Position numbers and translations under genes: made by a program. Of a stretch of DNA of 64,000 bases, positions 63,359 through 64,000 are shown piece after piece. This DNA is from Candidatus Poribacteria bacterium (GTDB lineage: Bacteria > Poribacteria > WGA-4E > WGA-3G), in the NCBI GenBank assembly GCA_963663765.2, contig CAXXUA010000003.1, positions 352,001-416,000 of the forward strand. Reading direction: 5' to 3'. The notes beneath the pieces are model-generated. The model worked only from the letters and a program-made list of their open reading frames with translations. It made no database searches and was not told the origin of the DNA. Numbering within the stretch: the stretch's first letter is position 1; each line of letters opens with the position of its first letter.

Positions 63359-64000
63359 TCAATTTACACCTATTAGATTAGCAACAAGCACAAGGTCTAA
63401 TATATTGACCACACCGTCACCGTTCACATCTTCGCGAAGAATATCGTCAACCATCATATCATCGGGAAGAGTATCATTTGACCATAAACCTTTCATTGTC
63501 AAACGGGCGCGTTCACCATAATGCACAAACAACGCTTCTTGCTCAAACGGAAAGTCTGTATATGCATGTCCATACCCTTGACGCACAATCTCTAAATTCA
63601 CGAACAGTCCATCAGGTGCCCGGTAAAGATATGCTAACGTCCGTCCAAATATATCTGTTGTGTTCTGAGGATCAAAACGTAAATAAACATGTTCACCTTG
63701 TAAAAGATTTCGAGTGAACATTGAGGCTTCTTTACCATATTCTTCTTCAGGTATTCTCGGATGCACCGTTTCTGGTGTATCTACACCGATAAGCCTTACG
63801 CTTGTTTCTGTGCCTTCATAATCAATTATAACTGTGTCGCCATCAACGATTCGTATTACTTCATGCGCAATGTCATCAGCAAAATCCAACACAGGTATAG
63901 GAATAACTGGTGGAATCATTTCAACTGGATTATCATCTTCGTCTATGACGTTACCATCTTCGTCTATGGTGTTACCATCTTCGTCATGAAAATGATAGAC
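63359..64000 (-). CDS. Thermonuclease (SNase) with a C-terminal dockerin-like motif (5' partial)
   Basis: VIRIVDGDT, VRLIGVDTPE, DIFGRTLAY, VNLEIVRQG; DVNGDGVVNILDLVLVA; frame open to the window end (YHFHDEDG). Confidence 0.85.
   Translation of the reverse strand, partial: VYHFHDEDGNTIDEDGNVIDEDDNPVEMIPPVIPIPVLDFADDIAHEVIRIVDGDTVIIDYEGTETSVRLIGVDTPETVHPRIPEEEYGKEASMFTRNLLQGEHVYLRFDPQNTTDIFGRTLAYLYRAPDGLFVNLEIVRQGYGHAYTDFPFEQEALFVHYGERARLTMKGLWSNDTLPDDMMVDDILREDVNGDGVVNILDLVLVANLIGVN

Overview
Bacterial chromosomal window (roughly 40% GC by eye), probably Candidatus Poribacteria or a relative. That assignment is an inference from the giant LRR/cadherin protein with a PNPFNPETWIPYQL-type C-terminal domain and the REP/MITE-saturated intergenic DNA. 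Housekeeping blocks are a dual-domain PTPS-folE-sepiapterin-reductase-like pterin operon, a rhodanese, an Fe-ADH, glyA-folC, a K+-dependent membrane PPase, ilvD and an L,D-transpeptidase. They are interleaved with decaying accessory DNA: a type III R-M locus hit by nonsense codons and an IS701-family element, TA modules, a HEPN/DUF3644 pseudogene, and prim-pol-like and TPR pseudogenes. The standout is an intact, co-oriented ~12.5 kb cluster (22230-34787). It encodes a vWA-like lipoprotein, a 4-TM protein, a divergent tubulin/FtsZ-like GTPase, a 992-aa actin/Hsp70-fold ATPase, a membrane-anchored protein, a ZorA/MotA-like protein with a long helical tail, a lipoprotein, a ZorB/MotB-OmpA-like protein and a transglutaminase-like protein. 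The cluster lies in a ~17 kb island bounded by copies of one promoter, next to TA/HEPN genes. It is a candidate Zorya-like ion-motor system coupled to cytoskeletal-fold effectors instead of ZorC/D/E. The window also holds nested REP/MITE families, a spacer-less 31-bp tandem array and two 157-bp tandem arrays bracketing the giant adhesin. All protein calls come from motif recognition by eye; no database search was run.
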